Shown here piece after piece: positions 15,918-25,900 of a stretch of DNA of 37,396 bases. The translations under genes and the position numbers were made by a program. Source of the DNA: a virus (taxonomy: Duplodnaviria; Caudoviricetes); IMG/VR virus record IMGVR_UViG_3300047669_000297, positions 1-37,396 of that record; one strand, given 5' to 3'. The notes below the pieces were generated by a model. That model saw nothing but the letters and a program-made list of their open reading frames with translations, was not told the origin of the DNA and ran no database searches. Position 1 is the first letter of the stretch, and every line of letters starts with the position of its first letter.

Positions 15918-17627
15918 ATGGCACAGTTTCGCTCAAATGAAAATCCTATGTTCCGCTCTAAATTTAGTGAAGATATCTTTAAACACAAATACGCACATAC
16001 TGGATGTGAAACGTGGTCAAGTTTAGCCAGCGTTCTAGTGGAGGATGTCTGTCAGGATAAGATGAGCAAAGAAGATAAGACTACTCTTTCTAATTACATC
16101 ACAGAGTTAAAGTTTATTCCTGGCGGTAGATATTTATATTACGCTGGACGTCTTAATAAATTTTTCAATAATTGTTACTTGCTCTGCGCTGAAGAAGATA
16201 CAAGAGAAGATTGGGCTAACCTATCTTGGAAAGCCGAGTCGTGCCTTATGACGGGCGGTGGAATAGGTGTGGACTATTCCATATACAGAGAAGAAGGACG
16301 CCTACTTGCTGGCACTGGAGGCTTGTCCTCTGGACCTATACCTAAGATGCAGATGCTGAACGAGATAGGCCGTCGAGTTATGCAGGGCGGTAGTAGGCGT
16401 TCAGCGATTTACGCTAGTCTTAATTGGAAACATGCTGATGTAAGTAAATTTTTAGAATGTAAGAACTGGTATGAAACGCCAGTAGGAAACACAGGTTTTT
16501 CTCTTGGTCAGCTTAAAGAACAAGATTTTAATTTCCCTGCTCCCTTAGACATGACAAACATAAGTGTTAATTATGATACTGATTGGTTGTTAAACTATTG
16601 GAATACCGGAGATGTAGGAGAAATATTTAAAAAGAATGTTGCTCAAGCATTAAAGACTGCTGAACCAGGATTTAGTTTCAACTTCTTTGAGAAAGAAAAC
16701 GAAACATTACGCAATGCCTGTACTGAAGTTACTGCTAATAATTGCTTTGCGGCTGACGGTGGTGACGATAGTGATGTTTGTAATCTTGGTTCTTTAAACC
16801 TGGGCCGGATAGAAACATTACAAGAACTAAACGATATCACTGAACTAGCAACTAAGTTTTTATTGTGCGGAACTCTAAGAGCGAAGCTGCCTTACGATAA
16901 GGTCTATAAAGTAAGAGATAAAAATCGTAGGCTTGGCCTTGGTTTAATGGGTATCCATGAGTGGCTTATTAAACGAGGTTACAAATATGAGGTGACAGAA
17001 GAACTTCATCAGTGGCTCTCGGTCTATAAAGGCAAGAGTGGTTCAGTATCTAAAGAGACTGCGGATAAGTTCAACATCAGCCGTCCTGTAGCTAACCGTG
17101 CTATCGCTCCTACTGGATCAATAGGCATATTGGCTGGCACAAGTACAGGCGTAGAACCTATATTTGCTGTATCTTACAAGCGCAGATATTTGAAAGGTGG
17201 TACACGTTGGCACTATCAGTATGTAGTAGATAGCGCAGCACAAGAACTTATTAATTTATACGGTATTGATCCTAGCAATATTGAGTCTGCTTTAGATTTA
17301 GCAGACGACTATAAGCGCAGGATAAAGTTCCAAGCTGATGTGCAGGACTACGTTGATATGTCCATCTCCTCAACCATTAACCTACCAGCGTGGGGCAGTA
17401 AACTTAACAACGAGGATACAGTGGATGATTTTACAAATACTCTCGCGTCTTACGCTTCTAGGCTTAGGGGTTTTACCGTTTATCCTGATGCTTCTAGAGG
17501 TGGTCAACCTTTAACCTCTGTCCCTTATTCTGAGGCTGTTGATAAACTAGGAGAAGAGTTTGAAGAAGGTGTAGAAACACATGATATCTGCGACATTACA
17601 GGTCATGGGGGTAGTTGTGGGGTATAA
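15918..17627 (+). CDS. nrdJ: Ribonucleotide reductase, probably class II (adenosylcobalamin-dependent)
   Basis: PGGRYL, NNC, GGGIG, NACTE, CNLGS, AIAPTG and a C-terminal Cys pair; no beta subunit gene nearby. Confidence 0.88.
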   Translation: MAQFRSNENPMFRSKFSEDIFKHKYAHTGCETWSSLASVLVEDVCQDKMSKEDKTTLSNYITELKFIPGGRYLYYAGRLNKFFNNCYLLCAEEDTREDWANLSWKAESCLMTGGGIGVDYSIYREEGRLLAGTGGLSSGPIPKMQMLNEIGRRVMQGGSRRSAIYASLNWKHADVSKFLECKNWYETPVGNTGFSLGQLKEQDFNFPAPLDMTNISVNYDTDWLLNYWNTGDVGEIFKKNVAQALKTAEPGFSFNFFEKENETLRNACTEVTANNCFAADGGDDSDVCNLGSLNLGRIETLQELNDITELATKFLLCGTLRAKLPYDKVYKVRDKNRRLGLGLMGIHEWLIKRGYKYEVTEELHQWLSVYKGKSGSVSKETADKFNISRPVANRAIAPTGSIGILAGTSTGVEPIFAVSYKRRYLKGGTRWHYQYVVDSAAQELINLYGIDPSNIESALDLADDYKRRIKFQADVQDYVDMSISSTINLPAWGSKLNNEDTVDDFTNTLASYASRLRGFTVYPDASRGGQPLTSVPYSEAVDKLGEEFEEGVETHDICDITGHGGSCGV

Positions 17628-18194
17628 ATGTTAACTCACTATTGCTTCAAAGACGTTCTACCAAAGGAATTTTGTGATGGTATGCTTAGTGTTGCAAGAG
17701 AACTAGATTCCAAAGAGGCAGAAGTTTTTAAAGAAGGTGACGATGTAGTATTGTCAGAGATAAGAAACAACAGAGTTGCTTGGTTAGCTAATGACGAGTT
17801 GTCGGAGATATTAGAATTATATGTAGACATAGCTAATGAAAGAGCGGGTTGGGATTTCAGTTTAACTTCTTTTGAAGTTCCTCAAATATCTTTTTATGGT
17901 AAGGGTCAGTTCTATAATTGGCATGTAGATACAGGAGTAGAGAAACAAAGTGATCCATACTTTAGAAAATTAGCTATTTCTATAACACTCAACGATGAGT
18001 TTAAAGGGGGTGATTTCCAAGTACAGAATTTTGTTCACCCTCAAGCACCTGATAGATTCAGAACTGTAAAAGAAATGAGAAGACAAGGAAGTATTGTTGT
18101 CTTCCCTTCTTTTATTTTTCACAGAATAACTACAGTGTCAGAAGGAGAAAGGTCTGCTATGACTTGTTGGTTCAGGGGTGAAAAATTTTCTTGA
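17628..18194 (+). CDS. 2OG-Fe(II) oxygenase (prolyl-4-hydroxylase/PKHD-like)
   Basis: YNWHVD, RKLAISITL, FKGGDF, VFPSFIFHRI, R..W. Confidence 0.9.
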   Translation: MLTHYCFKDVLPKEFCDGMLSVARELDSKEAEVFKEGDDVVLSEIRNNRVAWLANDELSEILELYVDIANERAGWDFSLTSFEVPQISFYGKGQFYNWHVDTGVEKQSDPYFRKLAISITLNDEFKGGDFQVQNFVHPQAPDRFRTVKEMRRQGSIVVFPSFIFHRITTVSEGERSAMTCWFRGEKFS

Positions 18195-18219
18195 CTGTAG
18201 CTTCTTTTTATAGTAATAT
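18191..18219 (+). promoter_or_regulatory. Sigma70-type promoter
   Basis: TTGACT-17 bp-TAATAT. Confidence 0.5.
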
Positions 18220-18235
18220 TTTTATGGCATGACAT

Positions 18236-18313
18236 GTGTCAGACAGACTATTAAAAATTAAGTTAGAGATTAAAGCCGACGATCAACATAAGAAAGTAAT
18301 TCCAATAAAATAG
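18236..18313 (+). pseudogene. Possible 3' remnant of a small heat-shock protein (Hsp20) gene
   Basis: Translates to VSDRLLKIKLEIKADDQHKKVIPIK*, resembling the DGLLxIxL...IxI end of sHSPs. Confidence 0.4.
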
Positions 18314-18358
18314 GCAGTATAGGGGCTGGGTATTGTTCTCACCCCTCATCACATAAAA

Positions 18359-19120
18359 ATGTTAGATAAACCATACAAAATATATGTAGGGTATGACGAA
18401 AAAGAAAAGACTTACCTTGATGTTCTGTCATACAGCATAAGAAAAAATACGAACCATCCCGTAGATATAATCCCCCTAAAGCAGAATGCTTTACGAAGGG
18501 CGGGTCTTTACTTTAGAGATAAAGAAATCAACGAAGACAATCAATTTGTAGATTGTTTTGATGGAAAACCATTCTCAACTGAGTTTAGTTTCACTAGATT
18601 TTTAGTTCCTTTCTTAAATCAATTTGAAGGGTATGCTTTATTTATGGACTGCGATATGTTTGTGAAGACAGACATTTCTGAATTGTTTGAAAAGTATTGT
18701 AATCCTTCATTTGCTGTTAGCTGTGTGAAACATGACCACATTACAGAAGGTGGTTTAAAAATGGATAACCGTGTTCAGTCTAACTATCAGAGAAAGAACT
18801 GGTCTAGTTTTGTTATGTGGAACTGTGGACACGAAACACTAAAAGATTTTACTGTGCATGATGTAAATACAAAAAATGGTTCTTGGTTACATAGGTTTGC
18901 TTTTCTTGAAAGAGAGTATGAGAATAATCTTATAGGGTCTATACCTCAAGAATGGAACTGGTTAGATGGACATTCTTCTACTAACTTAAAACCTAAGTGT
19001 GTACACTTTACTACGGGCGGCCCAATATACAGCAACTGGGATGGACGAAGGAGTATAGATAATAAATATGCGGCAGAGTGGTCAGAATTATATTCAGAAA
19101 TGGTTAAAGTAAATGGTTAG
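18359..19120 (+). CDS. Glycosyltransferase, GT-A fold (GT8-like)
   Basis: IYVGYD, STEFSFTRFLVP, FMDCDM (DxD), RKNWSS, EWNWL, HFTTGGP. Confidence 0.85.
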   Translation: MLDKPYKIYVGYDEKEKTYLDVLSYSIRKNTNHPVDIIPLKQNALRRAGLYFRDKEINEDNQFVDCFDGKPFSTEFSFTRFLVPFLNQFEGYALFMDCDMFVKTDISELFEKYCNPSFAVSCVKHDHITEGGLKMDNRVQSNYQRKNWSSFVMWNCGHETLKDFTVHDVNTKNGSWLHRFAFLEREYENNLIGSIPQEWNWLDGHSSTNLKPKCVHFTTGGPIYSNWDGRRSIDNKYAAEWSELYSEMVKVNG

Positions 19121-21407
19121 ATTTGTAACATCCTTTTCAGGTAAACACTACGACATATACGCAAAAAAAATGTTGGAGTCTGTCGTTGAACATTGGGCAG
19201 ATGATTTAAAACTTATTGTTTATTATGACACTGTGACTGAAGAACAGAAGAAAGACTTTCCTAAGTCACCTATTATTGAATACAGAGACTTAGATGAAGT
19301 TGAAGACAGAGCTATCTTCTTAGAGAAGATGAAGGGATATGACGGTACATCTAACGGTCAGATGCCTTACAACTTTCGTATGGATGCTCTGCGTTTCTGC
19401 CACAAAGTATATGCTCTCACAGACTACTTTCTTGAGGTGTCAGAGAATGAATCCAAGGGTGGTTGGCTTATATGGATGGATGCAGATGTAATGACTACCT
19501 CTCCTTTGTCTGAAGAAATTTTGTTCCAGGCTTTTCCTAAAGATTCAGAACTAATACATCTAGGAAGAACAGACATTGATTTTAGCGAGACAGGCTTTAT
19601 TGGTTTTAATCTAGACACAATGCATAGTCATTACTTCTTAGCCGACATACGAGGCTGTTACGATATAGGCGAAGTACTAGCATACAGAGAGTGGACTGAT
19701 GCTTTTATTATGACTAGGTTTATTAAGATATATGCAGCGCATGGTATGAAGGTTCATAATTTAAGTGATGGTGCTTCTGGTCTAGCTGTTTTTCCACAGT
19801 CTAAGTTAGCTGACTTTATGACCCATCATAAAGGTAATTTAAAAAACACTATAGATAAAGACACTGTTACCCCTGATGTAAACCTACCTCGTTATCATCA
19901 GTTAGCTGTTCTTATTAGAGAATACAAACCTAAAAGAATTGTAGAAGTTGGAACTTGGAATGGCGGCAGAGCTATAGAAATGGCTTTGGCTGCTTTTGAG
20001 AACAGTAAGAGAGTACACTACACGGGTTTTGATTTGTTTGAAGACGCAACCTTTGAACTAGACCGCAAGGAACAAAATGTTAAGCCTCATAATAATTTTG
20101 ATGCGGTAAAGAAACGTCTTGAAGATTTTGCTCACAAGATGAAAGAAGATAAGAAGACGTTCACCTTTACTTTAATAAAAGGTGATTCAAGAGAAACTAT
20201 GCAGAAGACAAAGAAAGAGTTAAAGAAAACTGACTTTGCCTTTATAGATGGTGGTCATAGTGAAGAAACTATTTTATCTGATTATAAAAATTTAATACAT
20301 GTTCCTGTAGTAGTCCTAGATGATTATTATAGTAAAGATGTAGATGGTAAACTTCCTGGTGCTGAGTTTTTAGGAACTAATCGTCTTGTAGAATCAATGG
20401 AAAAGACAAGGATATTTGTCTTACCTTCTCAAGACAGAGTAAAGGATGGCGGTACTGTTCACTTAGCTGTCAGACTAAAAACAGATGACCTTCCTGATCT
20501 GCCTAAAGTATTAAGTAGAACGCCTATCATTGTACAGCCTAAAGATTGTGTTCCTAAAGAAGAAATACTAGGTAATATAAATGACAATGTAGAGTTAATA
20601 AAAGACTGGGACTTTGTTCAAAACTGTGATGTTAACAATGAACATATAATTGTAGCATCTGCCGGTCCTTCTATGGATTTTGAAGAGTTAAAAGCTGTTC
20701 AGAAAAAGTATGATGCTAAAATAGTATGTGTGAAGCACAGTTATCCGCTACTTTTAGAGGCTGGTATTCAGCCTTGGGCATGTGTTATACTTGACCCTCG
20801 TCCGATAACTGGGACAAGTACGCACGGTGTTGTGCGAACAGAGTTGTTTAAGGAGGTTGATCCAGTTACTAAGTTCTTTATTGCGTCCATGACTGACCCT
20901 AGTGTTACTAAGTTCATATTGGATAAGACAAAGAATGTATATGGGTGGCACGCTTTCTCTCAAGCTGTTGCTGATATAGTAAGTGGTAAGGTTGAGATAG
21001 ACTATAGTTTAAAAATAGATAAAGAAAACGCTACGTTTGTTAGTGGTGGTACATGTGCAGCAATGCGATCAATTGGTATGATGCACATATTTGGATTTAG
21101 AAACTTCCATCTGTTTGGTTTTGATTGTTCAATGGAAAGTCTTTCTGATGAACAGAAAAAAGAAAAGCTAGACGATGGTGTAAGACCTAAATATATGCCA
21201 GTAGAAATAAACGACTGTAATTTCTGGACTACTGGCGAACTTCTTGCAATGGCACAAGACTGTGAGAAGTTGTTTGATAATCCTCAAGTTGAAATGATGG
21301 TCAATTTTTATGGAGAGAATACATTAGTATCTGAGGTTTATAAACTTTCTAAGAAAAGTAATCCGACACACTACACTAAATATATAGAAGAGAAACAAGC
21401 GACCTAA
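19113..21407 (+). CDS. Three-domain protein: GT-A glycosyltransferase, SAM methyltransferase and Maf/DUF115-like domain
   Basis: WMDADV; IVEVGTWNGG and FIDGGHS; ASAGPSM and GFRNFHLFGFDCS. Confidence 0.8.
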   Translation: MVRFVTSFSGKHYDIYAKKMLESVVEHWADDLKLIVYYDTVTEEQKKDFPKSPIIEYRDLDEVEDRAIFLEKMKGYDGTSNGQMPYNFRMDALRFCHKVYALTDYFLEVSENESKGGWLIWMDADVMTTSPLSEEILFQAFPKDSELIHLGRTDIDFSETGFIGFNLDTMHSHYFLADIRGCYDIGEVLAYREWTDAFIMTRFIKIYAAHGMKVHNLSDGASGLAVFPQSKLADFMTHHKGNLKNTIDKDTVTPDVNLPRYHQLAVLIREYKPKRIVEVGTWNGGRAIEMALAAFENSKRVHYTGFDLFEDATFELDRKEQNVKPHNNFDAVKKRLEDFAHKMKEDKKTFTFTLIKGDSRETMQKTKKELKKTDFAFIDGGHSEETILSDYKNLIHVPVVVLDDYYSKDVDGKLPGAEFLGTNRLVESMEKTRIFVLPSQDRVKDGGTVHLAVRLKTDDLPDLPKVLSRTPIIVQPKDCVPKEEILGNINDNVELIKDWDFVQNCDVNNEHIIVASAGPSMDFEELKAVQKKYDAKIVCVKHSYPLLLEAGIQPWACVILDPRPITGTSTHGVVRTELFKEVDPVTKFFIASMTDPSVTKFILDKTKNVYGWHAFSQAVADIVSGKVEIDYSLKIDKENATFVSGGTCAAMRSIGMMHIFGFRNFHLFGFDCSMESLSDEQKKEKLDDGVRPKYMPVEINDCNFWTTGELLAMAQDCEKLFDNPQVEMMVNFYGENTLVSEVYKLSKKSNPTHYTKYIEEKQAT

Positions 21408-21420
21408 GAAAGGATTTAAC

Positions 21421-21603
21421 ATGCTTCAAACTATCATAGACAATAGCGATGTAATTCTAAGTACGTTAACAGGTATCGTTACCATAGCTAGTATTATTGT
21501 AGCTGGTACACGAACACCTTCTTCTGACACTATTATGGGTAAGCTTTATAAAGCAGTAGAGTTTTTGTCTCTAACGGTAGGTAAAGCTAAAGAAAAGGGT
21601 TAG
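21421..21603 (+). CDS. Putative holin
   Basis: 60 aa, hydrophobic segment, basic C-terminus, upstream of the spanin pair. Confidence 0.55.
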   Translation: MLQTIIDNSDVILSTLTGIVTIASIIVAGTRTPSSDTIMGKLYKAVEFLSLTVGKAKEKG

Positions 21604-21610
21604 GAACAAA

Positions 21611-21841
21611 ATGCCTGTGATATCTTCTATTGTATCCTCAGTTGTTAATATCTTCACTAAAATACTACCTCTCTTATTTGCATATAAAGCAGGTAAGAAT
21701 AGTGTTGAGAAAAAAGAACTTGAGGATGCAATAGAAAAAAATAGGGAGCGAGATAAAATTGAAGAAGATATTGACCGTCTGTCTAATGACTCTGTTTTTA
21801 ACAGGTTGCGGAACCGTTGGAGGAGAAAAGACTTACTGTAG
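21611..21841 (+). CDS. Putative inner-membrane spanin (Rz-like)
   Basis: N-terminal hydrophobic segment and charged coiled coil; overlaps a lipoprotein gene. Confidence 0.6.
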   Translation: MPVISSIVSSVVNIFTKILPLLFAYKAGKNSVEKKELEDAIEKNRERDKIEEDIDRLSNDSVFNRLRNRWRRKDLL

Positions 21842-21944
21842 TTGGGTAAAGCCTATCCTTATTTCCGACAATGATAACCTTTCTGACGGAACGGCAAGAC
21901 GCATCCTTGCCCATAATGAAACATGGGATAAGTTCTGTAATTAA
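21759..21944 (+). CDS. Putative outer-membrane spanin lipoprotein (Rz1-like)
   Basis: TTG start, LTGC lipobox, out-of-frame overlap with the Rz-like gene. Confidence 0.65.
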   Translation: MKKILTVCLMTLFLTGCGTVGGEKTYCSWVKPILISDNDNLSDGTARRILAHNETWDKFCN

Positions 21945-21946
21945 TT

Positions 21947-22480
21947 ATGGCTGAATTAAAAATAAGACAGGAGAAGTTCTGTCAAGCATATGTTCTGTAT
22001 CGCAACGCAACGGAGTCAGCCAAGATAGCTGGCTACTCTAAAGGTTCTGCACATACGCAGGGTCATAGGCTTATGCAGCGAGGGGATGTCAAAGAAAGAA
22101 TAGAAGAATTAGAGAAAGAAGTAGAGACACGCATTGATGTTGTCTCTGAAATAGAAAACCAATACACCTACGCAAAGAACAACGGACATACAAACAGTGC
22201 TATCAAAGCACTAGAAGTGTTGTCTCGCATACGTTCTGGTAAGGAAGATGAAGCACCTAAAAACGTAGCTGAAATAGAAGATGACATAGTTAAGTATCTT
22301 GAAATATTAGGTGAGAAAGAAACAGCAAAACTTTTTTTAAAATGTGATTTCTTTTCTGATGAAGAACAAGAAGAAGACCTTGATGAGGCAGAACACATAA
22401 GAAAAAAGATAGAATCTATCCCTAAAAGGAATATCAGGAAAGAATACCTGAAATCCAGGGAAGGACATATACTAAAATAG
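21947..22480 (+). CDS. terS: Terminase small subunit
   Basis: RQEKFCQAY...NATESAKIAGYS HTH signature. Confidence 0.8.
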   Translation: MAELKIRQEKFCQAYVLYRNATESAKIAGYSKGSAHTQGHRLMQRGDVKERIEELEKEVETRIDVVSEIENQYTYAKNNGHTNSAIKALEVLSRIRSGKEDEAPKNVAEIEDDIVKYLEILGEKETAKLFLKCDFFSDEEQEEDLDEAEHIRKKIESIPKRNIRKEYLKSREGHILK

Positions 22481-22542
22481 CCACAATCCTTTGTGCGCCT
22501 GATAATCAAACACACACGAACTTACCTTATATTCTGGTGGTA

Positions 22543-22590
22543 GGGTGGCAGGGGTATTGTTTACCTGCACTGTACGGCTATTTTTAAGCC
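22543..22590. terminator. Candidate terminator at the convergence of the two arms
   Basis: GCAGG/CCTGC stem in the roughly 100-bp gap between convergent genes. Confidence 0.35.
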
Positions 22591-22946
22591 TTATTTTTTG
22601 TACTAACCTCTTCAACATAGGGATGAACGCCGTTGTGCATGTGTTGTAAGGTAGATATACTTTTTTCAAAATAATTTAATTTTTGTGTGACTTCGCCCTG
22701 CCATTCGTGTTGCCTTTTTAAGTTGTCAGGACTTAGGATATCTGTCATCACCCTGATCTGACTTCTGAGTACAGACACAGCATTCTCCGCCGTATCTAGT
22801 TCTCTGTTTAATTCATCCACATAAGTTTTTATTTCAGCTTGGTTAGCTTTTAATGAAGATACTTGTGATCTTACTAACGCCCATGCACCAGACAACGAGG
22901 CTATGACTGCTCCAACCTGGAACAAAAATTCTGTGTCCATCTCCAT
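22584..22946 (-). CDS. Hypothetical protein with N-terminal TM segment and coiled coil, 120 aa
   Basis: TAATG overlap with the upstream gene; hydrophobic N-terminus. Confidence 0.75.
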   Translation of the reverse strand: MEMDTEFLFQVGAVIASLSGAWALVRSQVSSLKANQAEIKTYVDELNRELDTAENAVSVLRSQIRVMTDILSPDNLKRQHEWQGEVTQKLNYFEKSISTLQHMHNGVHPYVEEVSTKNKA

Positions 22947-25900
22947 TAGTTCGCTTCTATCTCAAGATCAGGTGGTTCTCCATTTAAGTTTTTGCTTTTG
23001 TAAAATTTTTCTAATGCAAGTAATTCTCTTCTAAGATTATTTAAATTATTCCTGTAAGACAGACCTGTTTTTCTTATCAACTCTCTGTCAAGAGCATTAA
23101 ATTCATTAGCCTTATCAGACACAGTTGAAGGATCAAAACGCTCACGATTTAAAATACTCGCTAAACTTTTTTGTGATGGTAAAATTCCTTTGCTTGAATC
23201 TTTTAAAGATTTCATAATCTCGAATGTTTCTTTTTTACCTGTAACTTTTTCCATATCTCTGTATAAATTTAAGAACGCCTGTTGAGCAACAAACTGTTGT
23301 GTTAATATCTCATCGTAATCTTGTAGAACAGATATTGTGTCTATTTCTGTGCGAGGATCAGCTAAATCATTTACTAAATCTTTAAAAAATTTGCTTCTGT
23401 CTGATTTATAATTTCTATTAATATTAGATATAGCGAAGGCCATAGTTTTTTTAGGATTAAATACTTTTTCTTTAGCTCCTGGAATAGGGATAAGACCTTC
23501 TATAAAAGGAAGACCACTTTTGGCTGCTAAGTCAGAAAAATCTTCTGCTCTTGCATCTTGAGTACCAAATACTTCGGGAAACAGTGCTGCTTCTATATCT
23601 TTCCCTGTCTCACCAAATTTTTCAAAAGCGTCTGCGTCTCGCGCCATGTCCTTTAAGAAGTTAAGATACCCTGGTTCAACAGCAGTCAAAGCTTTTAGAA
23701 GATTTCTTTCTTCTCCTGTTGTTACAAACTCGTACATGTTTTTACTAAATTCAAATGCTAAACTAGGATCGACATAAGGATCAACTAATTCTTTAAAAGA
23801 ATTTATTACAGATTCATCTAAATCTTTTGATACGTCTTCGCCTCTAGCCGCTTTGAGAATAATAGGAACAATTGCATTTTGAAACTGACTATCAGGATGA
23901 ATGTACGTAAGATCAACATATTTATAATTACCGTCTTTGTCTTTACCTGTCACTACTAACGCGCCATTCTTTTCCCAGTCAGGAAGAAAATTACGCATTC
24001 CATCTATGACATCTCCAAAGCCATTACTTTCATTCATGGCGTAAGCACCAGTGTATAATGCACCTTGAGCAGCACTCCACTGAGCAAGACGAGATATCCC
24101 TTGTTTAGTTAATTCTTTATTTCCTGTTTCAAAACCTTCTCTTAATTCATCTGTTCCAATTTTAAATATCTGATAGGTATTACGAATACGTTCTGCAGGA
24201 TAAGCAGTGAAAGAACCTATCACTGGAAACGCTCTTAGATTTTCTAATATTTTAGGAATACGACCATATACAGGAGTAAGATTTAAAGTTTTTTGAGCAG
24301 CTACTTCTTTAATGTAATCATCTGCCTTAGATGTTCCTCTACCAGCATTGAATACCTGATCAAACTCTTCAAGCTTTGCTGCTTGTTGTTCTTTTGAAAA
24401 AGAATTAAATAATTTACTAGACTTTCTTTTTTCATTAGCAAAGACAGCCGCTCCTTTAAAAAAGTCATCTACACCGCCATAAAATTCTTGAGCAGCTTTA
24501 GCAACTTTTGTTCCTGGTTTACCAAACGCAGATAAACCACCACTCTTAACAAGACGCTCTATAATACCACCGTCATCTATCTTATCAGACATATCTCCAA
24601 ATCTTTTTAATACCTGATTAAGATCAATGTTAGAACCTCTAATTCCTAACTCAGTATATTCTTTAATAATATCCTGTTTTGATTCTTTAGATAAGCTAGA
24701 AATATATTTAGCACCATCTAGAAGACCACGTAAATTTCCACTTGTTATTGCATAGCCAGCCGCACCTACAATGTTTCTAGCATGTGCTAAAGGAGAATAT
24801 ATAGTTTTACCTGCTTTAGATAATCCCTGCACTCCAGAGAATGTTCTTACAACAGTTCCTATAATGTCATCTCTTTTATAAATATCACTAGCAAAACCTT
24901 CGTCAAAAAGTTCTTTTAACTTCTTACCTTCTGTCTTTGTAATGTATACATTTTTTAATGAGTCATCTATAGCATCAAAAGGAAGGCGCATAACTGCATC
25001 TTCTTTTTCACCCTTAGATATCTTTTGAAAAGAACCAGTGATAGGCATTACATCCTCACCACCTAAACTTTGTTTGGCTACCGCCTCTGGATTTTTAGCT
25101 GCCTTATCTACAGTAACAGCCAATCCTCTGCGAGTAGCATCTCCTATTATATCTCTAGCAACATTAGTTCTTGAGGCTGTATCCACTATACCGTTTATAG
25201 TTTCAGCTATTCTTAATCCTGGTATATTGTTATAACCAATAAATTTTTTTAATGTAGGACTTAGGTCTTCTTTTCTTTTCTCAAATGAACCTGTTTCTTT
25301 TTTCAACTCCTTTGTAGGAGCATATAAACTTTCACCAGCTTCCTTTACAATCTTATCTACTTTAGCATCATCTAGTATTTCCTTACCTATACCAGATTTA
25401 TCTATCTCAACATATTCATCCGTAAACTTTTTCCAGTTTGAGTTTTGAGGATCAAGAAGCATTGCTTGTCTTAGTTCTGATTCAGCATATGGATTTCTTT
25501 TAATAAATTCTTTGTAACTTTCTATCCTTTTAGTAACAGCGTATTTCTCTGGAACATTACGAACATAGTTAGGGTCTTTATCAAATATACCTAATATCTT
25601 TTTACTAACAGAAGAATTTTTAGAGAAGTCAAAAGCTTCATTTCTTAAATTAAAAAAGTCGTCAATCAAATTTCTTGTATCTTGACTTTTATTTTGCACT
25701 AAAGACAGACTGCTTTTATCACCCTGAAGTGATTTATTAATTAAACTTCCTTCTCCTATAATATCTGCTTCTGTGAAATCTCTTTTTAAAACATTATTAA
25801 AAGAAGTTGTTAAGTCTTCTGCTCTGTTTTTAAAAGACATTGCTTGACCTGACTGACGCTCTACCAATCGCCTTTGTCTATCAGACGCACCACCCGCAGG

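Noticed and set aside
8585-17627. Introns or inteins in polA or RNR
   Set aside because: Both ORFs are continuous and compact, with no splicing motifs seen.
4091-18378. Similar starts AATGTTAGATATACCATA (4091) and AATGTTAGATAAACCATA (18358)
   Set aside because: The match is short, AT-rich and imperfect, so it is compatible with chance.
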